Shown here piece by piece: positions 13,597 to 26,302 of a stretch of DNA of 64,000 bases. The DNA comes from Mizuhopecten yessoensis (taxonomy: Eukaryota): the NCBI RefSeq assembly GCF_002113885.1, contig NW_018408651.1, positions 93,579-157,578 of the forward strand, given 5' to 3'. The notes under the pieces were generated by a model. That model saw only the letters and a program-made list of their open reading frames with translations. It did no database searches and had not been told where the DNA came from. How positions within the stretch are numbered: position 1 is the stretch's first letter; every line of letters begins with the position of its first letter. The translations under genes were made by a program, and so were the position numbers.

Positions 13597-14706
13597 TAAT
13601 TTAATCTTCTATACACAATCCCTGAAGAAATCCACTTTTATTGATGGACTCTTTTCTCTTAGAAATTATTACGCCACTGTATCAACTTATCAAAACCGAT
13701 GTTACAAACGGTGACGTCGTTTTTTTACGTTATGGGCTGATTACAAAAAAAATTAAGCCAATGAAAATGTTTGTTATTAGCAAGATTAATTAAAATCAGA
13801 TAAAAACGAATATTTTTTAAAAGCATTAGCACGGTATGTGTAAATAGTTAAAATATGAAATGGGTAAAATTAATAAAAGCTATAGAGATAATGAATAGAT
13901 AATATAGGAAATGTGATGTATAGATAAGGTCAAAGAGGGTGAAGGTGGGTTAAAATACTTCAGAGTCTATAAAATAGACCGATGTCATTCAAAAAGTTAA
14001 ATAATGCCTTTGAATCAACGGAATTGAAAAGGATTTTTATATCCGGGATTCGAAAGTAACTTGAAACTGTATTACTAATCATAGTCACTGTAACTTTTCA
14101 GGTAAGCGTTTGTCATTTCGTTGTGTTTATCGACCATTTATTGGCCCGAATGGCATCTTCTGTGTTGTTGGGCCTTTAAGAACTTAATGATAAGATACAA
14201 AAATAAAAATGAACGACTCTGCATGGTTTCTGTTACTAGTTCCAATAAGCTCTTCTATTAATTTAGCATAATATGAAAACAAATCGGTCGGGTAGGATAC
14301 AGGTACATACCGTTCCAATGGTAAAGCCAACAGTCTGCTGGAATGTTTCCATCAAACAGATACTAGGAATTTAAATCAGCAGCAAAAATATATTCCATCT
14401 TGATCTGACCGTGATTTTCACAAATCTGCAGCAGAGTAGTGTACAGCCATATAGTTATACCGTTTTTGTTTTTGTTTTTGGATAGGAATGGTATCAAACT
14501 AGAGAACGAAGGCGTTCCTTCAGTTTGTTATGAGGTATGTTCTGATAGAAGAATCATTTTTGAGGAAGGATTCTCAAAATATTTGTGGTATTTTGTCAAG
14601 AGGTATCGCGTATATATAGATACATTGCATCATTGATCAGCAACAATCAGCAATAGCGTGATATCGTATAGGAGTTGATGTCATCAATTGTACAAACATT
14701 GGAACT

Positions 14707-14808
14707 AAATCTAACCATAGAGGTACAAGTAAAAATCTAACCATAGAGGTACAAGTAAAAATCTTACCATAGAGGTACAAGTAAAAATCTTATCCTTGAG
14801 GTACAAGT
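14707..14808. repeat. 26-bp tandem repeat (AAATCTAACCATAGAGGTACAAGTAA)x~4
   Basis: Direct reading. Confidence 0.9.
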
Positions 14809-17800
14809 CAATGACAGCCAATGATTATTCGAATTGAAATTTGTTTGTTTATCTGTTACCATGCCATTGAAAACGGTGCTGGTTCAGGAAGAATGAGCAC
14901 ATTATTGTAATAGAGAATTTATAAAAAGGGATAAGCGAACAGTACTATTTTCATATTTGTGTTGTCAAGCGATTGATTCTAAACCGTAATTTTAATTAGG
15001 GGAAGAGGGATGTGAAACATCACTGTGACATATATGGAAATGGAGTCAGAGACAAACCGGGTAGTCACTCGGGCGATCATCTCAAAATGTAGGCGACAGT
15101 CTGTGAAGTGTACTGTTTATAATCAAATGTTGTCATAACCAAACAAATTGTTATTTATTTAACCTTTACTTTCATTAACTTAGGTTCTCAAAGAGGCCAT
15201 CTAACGCATTTTAAATGTTATGATAAAGGAAATGATAACGAGAAAACGTATATTTCGGCTTTTGTTCCCTGAGTACAAAAACAAGAACATTGAAATTCGT
15301 TTCAAGAAAATACAGGTTTTTAGCTGATCGCGTACCACGTGAAAAAGTGATGGGTAATTATATAAGTTATTTCGTTTATTTGCCCTTTCAGATTATTCCG
15401 TTGGTATATTAACGTCACCTGGCGCTCCCTACAAAGAAACGAATCTATTTGAAGGTTAAACACTAATAGCAAAAATAGCAAATTTTACCACATTATCTGT
15501 ACGGGTTAAACTAAACTTAACGTCAAGTAACACGGTTAAATGTTTTATGATGGAAATATATATATTTTAAGAAAATTAAGAGATTGAAAACGACAGCGGA
15601 AGGGACCAAATTGTGCTGTAAACACATTGGAATGTTGGGGTTCTCGAAGGGGAATTATCTCTCCTATAATTCGTGTTACTTTCCGCTATGATATTGAGGA
15701 TTTCAAGGTGACACCATACTGTCACTAGCAGATAGACAGTACATTCGTGCGTTTGTGACAGGAAGTAATATCGCACGGAATCCTGGGATATTTCCAATTC
15801 GTGTTCATCCTTCCCGTCACACACACCCTCGAATAGCAACTGCATTCTGTAGTTGACACTATTGGTTGTGGTTCACCTTGTCTGTAGCAGCATAAACATA
15901 TATGCTCGGAGCCTCACATACCTTTTATATTTATATCTTGGATAGCAATTTATACAGTACACCAACTTATAGTTTTATTTCGTCTATGTTTACATGGCAA
16001 AGATGCATGTTGCAATATGTTTTCTTTATATATAGTTACGGAAAAAAGTAGCACAACTAAAACTGTGGCCTTCTAAATTCATTGCACGTTTATAAGATTC
16101 AGTGAAACTTGGTAGGTTGATTGCTCCCGGTAATGTCATAGGTGCGCTGGCCATGGCAAAAATAGACAATCTTGCCGCACAATTTTCACATAATTGTTAA
16201 TTTGATTATAATAAACACAGTTAGATACGCATGCTTTTGCTTAATTGATTTAAATTTAATGAAAGTATCTTATTTGTAGACCAGGTTCCTGTATATATTT
16301 CTACAAACTGTTCCGTCATTCTGTGGTTGTATTGAATAAATTGAATAAAGTTTAACCCGTTTCGTAGGTATTGATAAGAAAAAACCGGATATGCTTACAT
16401 ATACTATCCCGTTTATGAAAAACAATAAAATAGAGATTATTCCTAATGAGTTCTGAAATCAAACCCGAAGACTGATTTCTCAAACAATTCCATTCATGAA
16501 CAACTAGGTACACAGGCAATTGTTGCCAGTTGTCGATACTACAGTGAAGAGTTCGCCTCGCGGTTTAAATATCCATTAAAGGATGCCTGATATTAGCTAT
16601 AGGTTCCTATATATACCATTTATAGTCGTCATGTGTTGGTTTACTCTGCGGACTCTCAGTACTCGAAAGACTTAGATCTTCATGAAATATCGACGAAAAT
16701 CCTGAAAAGATCAATAAGAAGTTAATATTAGTAAAACAATGAAACATATAGGCCTTCTAGAACAAGCACAGGTCAAATAACGGTTAACTGTAGGTAATCT
16801 AAGGGGAACTCAAGTTATTGCAATAGTAAAAAAATGGATAGATATTAAAGGATACTATCATATATTCCTTTAATTAATGTTCCTATAAATATTAAATCAT
16901 AGTTGTATAAATATCTTACCAGGATTCCGAATACGGCTCAATATAATCAATCGGACGGTTTCCTGGTCATTTCTGCCATTAGTATCAGTTTTGTTTATTA
17001 CAGAAAAGAAAATCAGTAAAAATAAACATTGTTAACTCAATCTCCTTTTCCAGCTTTTGTTGTGGATCTTCATCTTATAAAGACAAAAGACATTTGATTA
17101 TTTCCACCTTTAAATAAAATTTCTTTTTTGGTTCATTTAAGTCTTCTTACATATAAAGCACAGAGTTCTGAAAAAAACCACTCGATTTCCCTGAACAACC
17201 AGGGATTGTATACTTTTATTCCTTTTAAGGAATATACCCATTTTGGTTGATCTAAAACGTCGAGGGGAAACATTTTATCGTACAAAACTTCAATTTTGAT
17301 TGTCTGAAAGATCAGAGAAATATTTGGTTGTCGCTTTGGCGCAGGCGTTCGGGATGTGTCCTTTTTCGAGGGTATTGGTAAAGGGATTTTGAAATATCTC
17401 CCTGGATGAGAAAATGTTCCCATGATTGAGTATGATTGGTATAGGTTTTAACCGGGGAAACGTTAAACTGTATTTTTCTCTGGATTTAAATATAGTGTAA
17501 GGTAACAGTTGATGCCGAAAAACCAATTTTCGCAAAAAATATTCATCTAATGTCAGGAAAACCATCTGTGGCTCTCGGCTCTTATTCCATTTTACGATCG
17601 AAACGGAAGATGTCGACACAAAGTTTGAATTTATAAAGTTATAATCGGATGATTTACCAATAACACCACGTGCTACCAGTACCTGGGGGCAATTAAATGT
17701 TTACCCTCGGTTTGTTTGATTGCTTGTGAAGGTTTTTGCGTCTTTACAAAAACTAAGGACATATTAAAGTAGTGCTCACAGTTAATTGGCCCTATCGGAT

Positions 17801-17954
17801 AACTATAAAGTGCTAGACGGCTCCATGTGAGGCAACCTGAACAACAAAATTACACTGACAGCAGTGTTGTCGGGGCAGTTTCTTACATGTAATCACCATA
17901 TTGATGATGAAATAACGGGAATACCTAACTGCGCTATATGTTATTTTCCACACT

Positions 17955-18205
17955 CACTGAAACCGCTACCTAATTCAGGGACAATCTCCTGCAATGAGTT
18001 TATGGCTAGTTTTCGTTTTTTAATCTAACAGTCTCAGTGACAATCCTTTTCAGAGAGTATATTGCTAGTTTTTGTAATCTGACAGCTTCAGTGAAACTAT
18101 CAACTAATTCAGTTACATGTACAATCCTTTTCAATGCATACATAGCAGGATTTGTATAGTCTGACACCTGCAGTAAAACGAAAAACTAATTCGGTGACAA
18201 TTCAT
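17955..18205. repeat. Degenerate tandem repeat, ~60-80-bp unit, 3-4 copies
   Basis: Recurrent CTAATTCAG..ACAATCCTTTTCA..GCTAGTTTT..AATCTGACAG blocks. Confidence 0.6.
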
Positions 18206-18724
18206 TGTCATTGATATGTAGCTATTTCTCCGGGGAACGGTCAACCTTCGGATTTATTATAGTCGGGAAGGGCGCGTAAACGTCAGACTGTGATCGGGAG
18301 TATCTATCTTTTAGTAAATTGGAATGGAATACCTGACAGGGATATACAGAATAAGGACTGTAGGTACATTGTTGACGTAAACTATGTCTTATGTAATTAT
18401 AGCTACATGTAAACTCTTTTGGACTTTCAGCTTTGTTGTCGTTTGTTTGAATTAGGAAAGCTAACCGAATATGCAACTTCTATTCAAGTGTATGTCAACC
18501 CCATTTAACATCAACATCCAAGACAGTGATAGGGTAGAGCCGGAATGTCGGATGTTTTCCACGTTGAACCCCTTTATAATTTACAGACCAGTGACGTTAG
18601 TTGATTGTCGACTTACACTGCAGTGTGACCGTCAATGATCCTGTTTAAGTAGCTAGCAATTAGTAAAGTGATGTGAACCCGTTGAATTTATTGTGTTCAT
18701 TGGCCACTAGGGCAAATACATTTG

Positions 18725-20550
18725 ATCGACATTGACCTTGTTGTGGTGATCGGTCGTTAAGACTACCGTGTAACCTTTGTGACCTTATTGTGCTCATAAG
18801 TTATAACTTCTGTTTGACCTTGTTGACCTAATGTTGATCGGTCGTTAACTACTAATTGGTCTAGATGACCTGACTGGGTTGATCGGTCGTTAAGACTACC
18901 GTGTGACCTTGATGTTATTACTGGGTTGATCGGTCGTTAAGACTACAGTGTGACCTTGTTGACCTTGATATGTTGATCGGTCGTTAAGACTACAGTGTGA
19001 ACTTGTTAACCTTGTAGTGTTGATCTGTCGTTAAGAATACAGTGTGACCTTGTTAACCTTTTAGTGTGTATCGGTCGTTAAGCCTTCCGTGTGACCTTGT
19101 TAAACTTGTTGTGTTGATCTGTGGTTAAGACTACAGTGTGGCCTTGTTAACCTTGTTGTGTTGATCTGTCGGTAAGACTACAGTGTGCCCTTGTTAACCT
19201 TGTAGAGTGTATCGGTCGTTAAGACTACAGTGTGACCATGTTAACCTTGTTATGTTGATCTGGCGTTAAGACTACAGTGTGGCCTTGTTAACCTTGTAGT
19301 GTCGATCTGTCGTTAAGACGACAGTGTGACCTTGTTAGCCTTGTAGTGTTGATCGGTCGTTAAGACTTCCGTGTGACCGTGTTAACCTTGTTGTGTTGAT
19401 CTGTGGTTAAGACTACAGTGTGACCTAGTTAACCTTGTAGTGTGGATCTGTCGTTAAGACTTCCGTGTGACCTTCTTAACCTTGTTGTGTTGATCTGTGG
19501 TTAAGACTACAGTGTGACCATGTTAACCTTGTTATGTTGATCTGTAGTTAAGACTACAGTGTGAACTTGTTAACCTTGTAGTTTGGATCGGTCGTTAAGA
19601 CTTCCGTATGACCTTGTTAACCTTATAGTGTTGATATGTCGTTAAGACTACAGTGTGAACTTGTTAACCTTGTAGTTTGGATCGGTCGTTAAGACTACAG
19701 TGTGCCCTTGTTAACCTTGTAGTGTCGATCTGTCGTTAAGACTGCCGTGTGACCTTGATGTTATTTCTTGGTTGATCGGTCGTTAAGACCCCCGTGTGCC
19801 CTTGATGTTATTACTGGGTTGATCGGGCGTTAATACTACCGTATGACCTGTTTAACCTTGTTATGTTGATCAGTCGTTAAGACTACAGTGTGGCCTTGTT
19901 AACCTTGTAGTGTCGATCTGTCGTTAAGACTGCCGTGTGACCTTGATGTTATTTCTTGGTTGATCGGTCGTTAAGACTCCCGTGTGACCTTGATGTTTTT
20001 ACTGGGTTGATCGGTCCTTAATACTACCGTATGACCTGTTTAACCTTGTTATGTTGATCTGTAGTTAAGACTACAGTGTGCCCTTGTTAACCTTGTAGTG
20101 TGTATCGGTCGTTAAGACTACCGTATGACCTTGTTAACCTTGTAGTGTTGATATGTCGTTAAGACTACGGTGTGACCTTGTTAACCTTGTAGTGTTGATA
20201 TGTCGTTAAGACTACAGTGTGACCTTGTTGACCTTGATGTGTTGATCGGTCGTTAAGACTACAGTGTGACCTTGTTAACCTTGTAGTGTGTATCGGTCGT
20301 TAAGACTACCGTATGACCTTGTTAACCTTGTAGTGTTGATCTGTCGTTAAGACTACAGTGTGACCTTGTTAACCTTGTAGTGTTGATATGTCGTTAAGAC
20401 TACAGTGTGACCTTGTTGACCTTGATATGTTGATCGGTCGTTAAGATTGCCGTTGTACGTCGTTAAACTTGTAGTGTTGATTGGTCGTTAATACTTCTGT
20501 GTGACCTTGGTTACATTATTTTATTGATAGGTCTTCAAGACTACAGTGTA
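18725..20550. repeat. 47-bp minisatellite (GTTGATCGGTCGTTAAGACTACAGTGTGACCTTGTTAACCTTGTAGT), ~38 copies
   Basis: Direct reading; ends are more degenerate than the core. Confidence 0.97.
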
Positions 20551-20751
20551 ACGTTATGTGCTTTTATTGTAAAGATAGCCAATTAAGTAAAACAGTACCA
20601 ACTGGTTAAACAATCTTATTTGCGATGCATTATCTATTTGTCTATTTCATTTAGCAGCATGTAGACACAGTAAAAGATTAATCAAACAACATTACCGTTT
20701 TATCTTTAAAAAACCCACATTTCATAGAGAATAATTGATGTCTGGATGTTA

Positions 20752-21713
20752 CAGTTGTGGGACCGCACAACGCACCAAAAATAGCGTGCGCACACCGTGC
20801 ATACATCGTTCACACACCGTCCGCACATCGTCCACACATGGTGCGCACAACTGTGCGATTTAGCAATCGTTCGCCCCGTTGTGCGCTTCTCTCCGCACAA
20901 CTGTGCGATTTGGTATCATTTGTAGATCAAAATTACGGAATGACAAAAATACGGAAGGCTTGTATCCGATAATGTACACTGTGTATATATCTGTAATTTC
21001 TCATCCCAATAATCAAGATTATACAATTTCACAATGCGTGTTACACAGTATTACAGCGACCGTTAGGCTGTCAAGAATGGGTTTGGCTCCAAGGTAACAG
21101 AACAGGTAAATAACAATTTTATGAGTGTCCGGAGTTTTACCTGACCAGTGCCTGACACACAGAGCTGATATGCGATACCGTTTGACCGTAATGAATAGTA
21201 TTTGTTATTTGCATTCGTTTGCCTATAGCTCCCCTTCACCTGGATTTTCACACCCCCGGCCTTACCCGACGAGTTACGTAAGTGCCCCAGGCGGGGAGAA
21301 AACTACGGTCCAGGTACATGTACAAAGTGGTTATGTTTACCTGTATACGGGATTGTGTTGTAATTTTACATGTGTCGATTAAGTTTGTTTAAAAACACAG
21401 AAAACACAATTCCTAAATATAAGAATATATAGACAGAAAGATAAGTTTATAGATGTTGCTAGAATATAGAAACATACGTAAACATCAAGTTTATATGTTT
21501 AAACACGAAACCGTATAAATTGTTAAGGCATTCCTCAATTTACACCAACCAATATTGTTATCGCACAACGTCCGTCCATCGTGCACACATATGTGCGCAA
21601 GCAATGATCGTTCAGCTTTTTATCGTTCGCCCATCGTGCACACACCGTTCACACACCGTGCACACATCGTGCGCACACCGCACATCGTGTAACGTTGTGC
21701 GATCCCACAACTG
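20752..21713. mobile_element. Non-autonomous DNA transposon (MITE), Tc1/mariner-like, 962 bp
   Basis: 21-bp TIRs CAGTTGTGGGACCGCACAACG / CGTTGTGCGATCCCACAACTG (one mismatch), flanked by TA at 20750-20751 and 21714-21715. Subterminal 11-bp-period CACAYCGT repeats at both ends. No transposase ORF. Confidence 0.85.
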
Positions 21714-22170
21714 TATTTCATCTTGTATTGTATTTGATTGAGAAAAAAACGAATTCTGGAAGATTCTTGAGTTGAAATACGATCATACAGCTTTTGATAA
21801 ATAGACAGTCTTCACCACAATATATTTCACATTATATTGAGATTGATACAGAGAAAGCCGGCGTAAACGAATAACCTTTTTAATCCTTTTATTAATCCTT
21901 TTATCCTATTACATCAGCAAATTTTCTTAAGATTCGAAAGTCGAATGCTTGAAATTAGAAAAATAAGGGGGAGGGGGTGTAAACCTCAGGACCTTAACTC
22001 TGCCATGTTTTAACGTTACCAATGAAGCCACGTTGCTATCTAGTTATGTTAAATGAACATCATCAAAATGGATTGCTGGGCTGTTGATAATTTAAGGAAG
22101 ATAAACACTAACAGGTGACTGCACATTTAAAACTTTTAATTGTCACGGTAAGCCAAATTATGAATTACAC

Positions 22171-22216
22171 TGCAACATACAGCTGTTTCGTCCTACTTGA
22201 ATTCATCGGTGATGTA
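22171..22216 (-). ncRNA. Degenerate minimal type-I hammerhead ribozyme motif
   Basis: Minus strand UACAUCA-CCGAUGA-AUUC-AAGUA-GGAC-GAAA-CAGCUG-UA-UGUUGCA. Core is CUGAUGA with U>C; stem II has one mismatch; palindromic loopless stem III CAGCUG; GUA triplet; stem I 5/7 paired. Confidence 0.6.
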
Positions 22217-22396
22217 AGCGGCCAACAAGTTGGACATCCAAATTGTCTAAGCTGATGTTGAAATAGAAGGACAAGTGTGTGAAACCCTTGACATACAATT
22301 TGAAAATTATGGAAATTACTGGTTCATTTCAATTAATTATTTGTAAAATGTTGATATTTTGAACCAGGCCATCACTCAAAAGAGATAGCAATGACT

Positions 22397-24094
22397 ATCA
22401 CGGTTACAGCAAACCTCAGGGACCTAACAATCAACCAGCAGGGGCCATCACGGTTACAGCAAACCTCGGGGACCTCACAATCAACCAGCAGGGGCCATCA
22501 CGGTTAGAGCAAACCTCGGGGACCTAACAATCAGCCAGCAGGGGCCATCACGGTTACAGCAAACCTCGGGGACGTAACAATCAACCAGCAGGGGCCATCA
22601 CGGTTAGAGCAAACCTCGGGGACCTAACAATCAACTAGCAGTGGCCATCACGGTTACAGCAAACCTCGGGGACGTAACAATCAACCAGCAGGGGCCATCG
22701 CGGTTACAGCAAACCTCGGGGACCTAACGATCAACCAGCAGTGGCCATCACGGTAACAGCAAACCTCGGGGACCTAACAACCACCCAGCAGGGGCCATCA
22801 CGGTTACAGCAACCCTCGGGGACCTAACAATCAACCAGCAGTCGCCATCACGGTTACAGCAAACCTCGGGGACCACACAATCAACCAGCAGTGGCCATCA
22901 CCGTTACAGCAAACCTTGGGGACCTAAAAATTAACCAGCAGTGGCCATCACGGTTACAGCTAACCTCGGGGACCCCACAATCAACCAGCAGTGGCCATCA
23001 CTGTTACAGCTAACCTCGGGGACCTCACAATCAACCAGCAGTGGCCATCACAGTTACAGCAAACCTTGGGGACCTAAAAATTAACCAGCAGTGGCCATCA
23101 CGGTTACAGCAACCCTCGGGGACCTCACAATCAACCAGCAGTGGCCATCACGGTTACAGCAACCCTCGGGGACCTAACAATCACACCGGCAGTGGCCATC
23201 ACGGTTACAGCAAACCTCGGGGACCTAATAATCAACCAGCAGTGGCCATCACGGTAACAGCAAACCTCGGGGACCTAACAATCAACCAGCAGTGGCCATC
23301 ACGGTTACAGCAAACCTCGGGGACCTAATAATCAACCAGCAGTGGCCATCACGGTTACAGCAACCCGCGGGGACCTAACAATCAACCAGCAGTGGCCATC
23401 CCGGTTACAGCAAACCTCGGGGACCTAACAATCAACCAGAAGTGGCCATCACGGTTACAGCAACCCTCGGGGACCTAACAATCCCACCGGCAGTGGCCAT
23501 CACGGTTACAGCAAACCTCGGGGACCTCACAATCAACCAGCAGTGGCCATCACAGTTACAGCAAACCTTGGGGACCTAAAAATTAACCAGCAGTGGCCAT
23601 CACGGTTACAGCAACCCTCGGGGACCTAACAATCAACCAGAAGTGGCCATCACGGTTACAGCAACCCTCGGGGACCACACAATCAACCAGCAGTGGCCAT
23701 CACGGTAACAGCAAACCTCGGGGACCTAACAATCAACCAGCAGTGTCCATCACGGTTACAGCAAACCTCGGGGACCTAATAATCAACCAGCAGTGGCCAT
23801 CACGGTAACAGCAACCCTCGGGGACCTAACAATCAACCAGAAGTGGCCATCACGGTTACAGCAACCCTCGGGGACCTAACAATCACACCGGAAGTGGCCA
23901 TCACGGTTACAGCAACCCTCGGGGACCTAATAAGCAACCAGCAGTGGCCATCACGGTAACAGCAAACCTTGGGGACCTAACAATCAACCAGCAGTGGCCA
24001 TCACGGGTACAGCAACCCTCGGGGACCTAACAGTCAACCAGCAGTGGCCATCACGGTTACAGCAACCCTCGGGGACCACACAATCAACCAGCAG
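22397..24094. repeat. 50-bp minisatellite (GCCATCACGGTTACAGCAAACCTCGGGGACCTAACAATCAACCAGCAGTG), ~34 copies
   Basis: Direct reading. Confidence 0.97.
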
Positions 24095-25599
24095 TATCAA
24101 CCACTTTATATCTTGAAAGATAAAGATGACTGCACCATTAAAATTTGTTACATTTTGTAAAAGACAAAAAAAAAGAAGAAAAGGAAACAACATTGAAAAA
24201 TTAATGTGTGAGCCTGTTGACCTCATTGCGTTGGTCGTTAAGGTTAAACAAACTAACAATCACTTGTAAATCATTAGATCTCGCCAAAGGTACACAGTCA
24301 TTTTGGAGAGCGCAGGGCTCTCGTCCTTTAATGTGGTCGTGAACATATCGGTTGTATACTTTGCATACGTTCCTTTTCTCCTGTATACTTGAGAGTAACC
24401 TCTTTTGAGTGCCCGTTCATCTGTCGACAACGTTTTTCTTCATCATTATGACCTGAGCTCTTACATGTACACTGACGCAAAATCCTAAACAAACAAACAA
24501 CTGTTGGTAATTGTATTTGCCCTAGGATACGGGTCCGTTGACAGATTCATCACTTCGTGGTCTGTTTAATTCCTTTCTATCAAGGTTCCATGTCATAACA
24601 ATATGAATATCGTAAGTATACATAAATCTGCATATAAGATAAAAATATCTTTATCATTAATTTCTCCTAATTGTATATGTACCCTAATTGTATATAACTC
24701 TCCCAGTTATTTATAAATCTCCTTACTATATGTTTCCTTATTATGTATGATCATTTCATTAAATAAGTCTCTTAATTATGGGTATATATATTCTTATCAT
24801 AAATAAATATCCTTATTTATTATGTATTTATTAATTAAATATAATGTGAATTGGAAGTTTCACTAAAATAATAAATAAAAAAGTCACCAAACGACGCCAT
24901 CTATATTTTAAGCCTCAAGTTTGAACTCCGACGTCGTTTGTAATGATTTTACCTCAGGTCATACACAATTCCGTGACAAGGGGGTATTCAGTGTACCTTA
25001 CTTTGCATGTGTTATTTCATACATGTATGGAAAGAGAATGAAGCTGATTAAACAGTAATACATTACAAGAATTCAAAGTAATCAAACTAAGCGTTAAATG
25101 GTACGGAACTGATGTAGGTCTACACTGCAGTTCTATGTTGTCAACAGAATCTGAAATATAAATACGATTTAACTTACTTGGCAATATTCATTATACCAGT
25201 CGTTGACGTATTTATCATGAATTGATCTAATGAAGATCAAATTATCAGGTTTCATTTTTAATTTAGATACCCACGCAGCGTGACAAAACACACACGAATT
25301 TCACTAGATACAATGGAATCCATTAATTCAAATTTATTCTGTGCCATCCGTTCAAAATAATGTTGTCTTTCAATGTAGCAGCTATCTGAAGCTCGATACA
25401 TGAGCTTAAATATCTAAGGTTTTTATATTTAATTTTCATATTATGTCTATATGAAACGACTTGCTAAAGGTTTTTATCCTGAATTCAGCTTGAAGTATAT
25501 CCGTACCTATTCACTGGAGGGGATTTTCAATTCTTTTTCTTAATGATATTTTTAATTATACATATTCCATTTTGTTAAACCTAGTTTTCTTTCATTTAT

Positions 25600-25608
25600 T
25601 TTTCTTTT

Positions 25609-25648
<40 letters not shown>

Positions 25649-25669
25649 TTTTTCTCTTTCTTTCTTTCT
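25600..25669. repeat. (TTTC)n microsatellite
   Basis: Direct reading. Confidence 0.95.
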
Positions 25670-26302
25670 GTCTTTTAATCGATGAATTCAGACATCTATT
25701 CGATTATAGCGATCGCTTCACTTTTGGAGTCTTTACTTGTCGTAAAATAACAAATCATGTACCCATCAAACTAACCCATTTAAAAATAAAAAAAAATATC
25801 AAAATAATTCAGTGCCTTTTGTTCAAACCAATACTATTTATCGATGTAGCACACTTCCTAAGCCCGATATGTGTGCTAACAAAGACCACAAACATTATTA
25901 GCTGCTATAAATCTGCCTCAAATTTGATGTAACATATTCCCATTAGTTGATTAGAATGTAAAAATCGTCATTGCGCAAACGTGAAGCAGGAGAAATTAAA
26001 TCAACAACGTCGCTCTTGTGGTACAAAACGAGTGATATGAATTCCCAGATACCAAAATAATAATATTTCTTGATGGAGCATATTTTCGAAAAGCTTGTAT
26101 TGTTTTTATTATCAGATGATATGACACATTGTAAACTTGTTTACTGCCTACTTAACTTGATACAGCCCGGTGGGGCCTGGCAGAGATCGTTCCCTCATTG
26201 TGCTAACACTATTATATGAAATAGAAGATATACATTAGGAGCGTAGGATAGGATCAAAGGCTATACATACACGACGTAGAGCGCAAAAAATAATAAAATA
26301 AT

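Noticed and set aside
17824-17889. Imperfect hairpin as a pre-miRNA
   Set aside because: Pairing is irregular and neither arm matches a conserved miRNA I recognise. Partial matches to miR-279 (~6150) and miR-315 (~17295) were also rejected: the first lacks the seed, the second diverges after 10 nt with no evident hairpin.
804-18476. Isolated 60-110 aa ORFs in the unique-looking left region
   Set aside because: Apart from the PLE relic at ~13 kb, there are no recognisable domains, many start at non-ATG codons, and lengths are within chance expectation.
23041-24259. ORFs in the 50-bp array (likewise the 39-, 103- and 36-bp arrays)
   Set aside because: Translations of tandem repeats interrupted by frequent stops.
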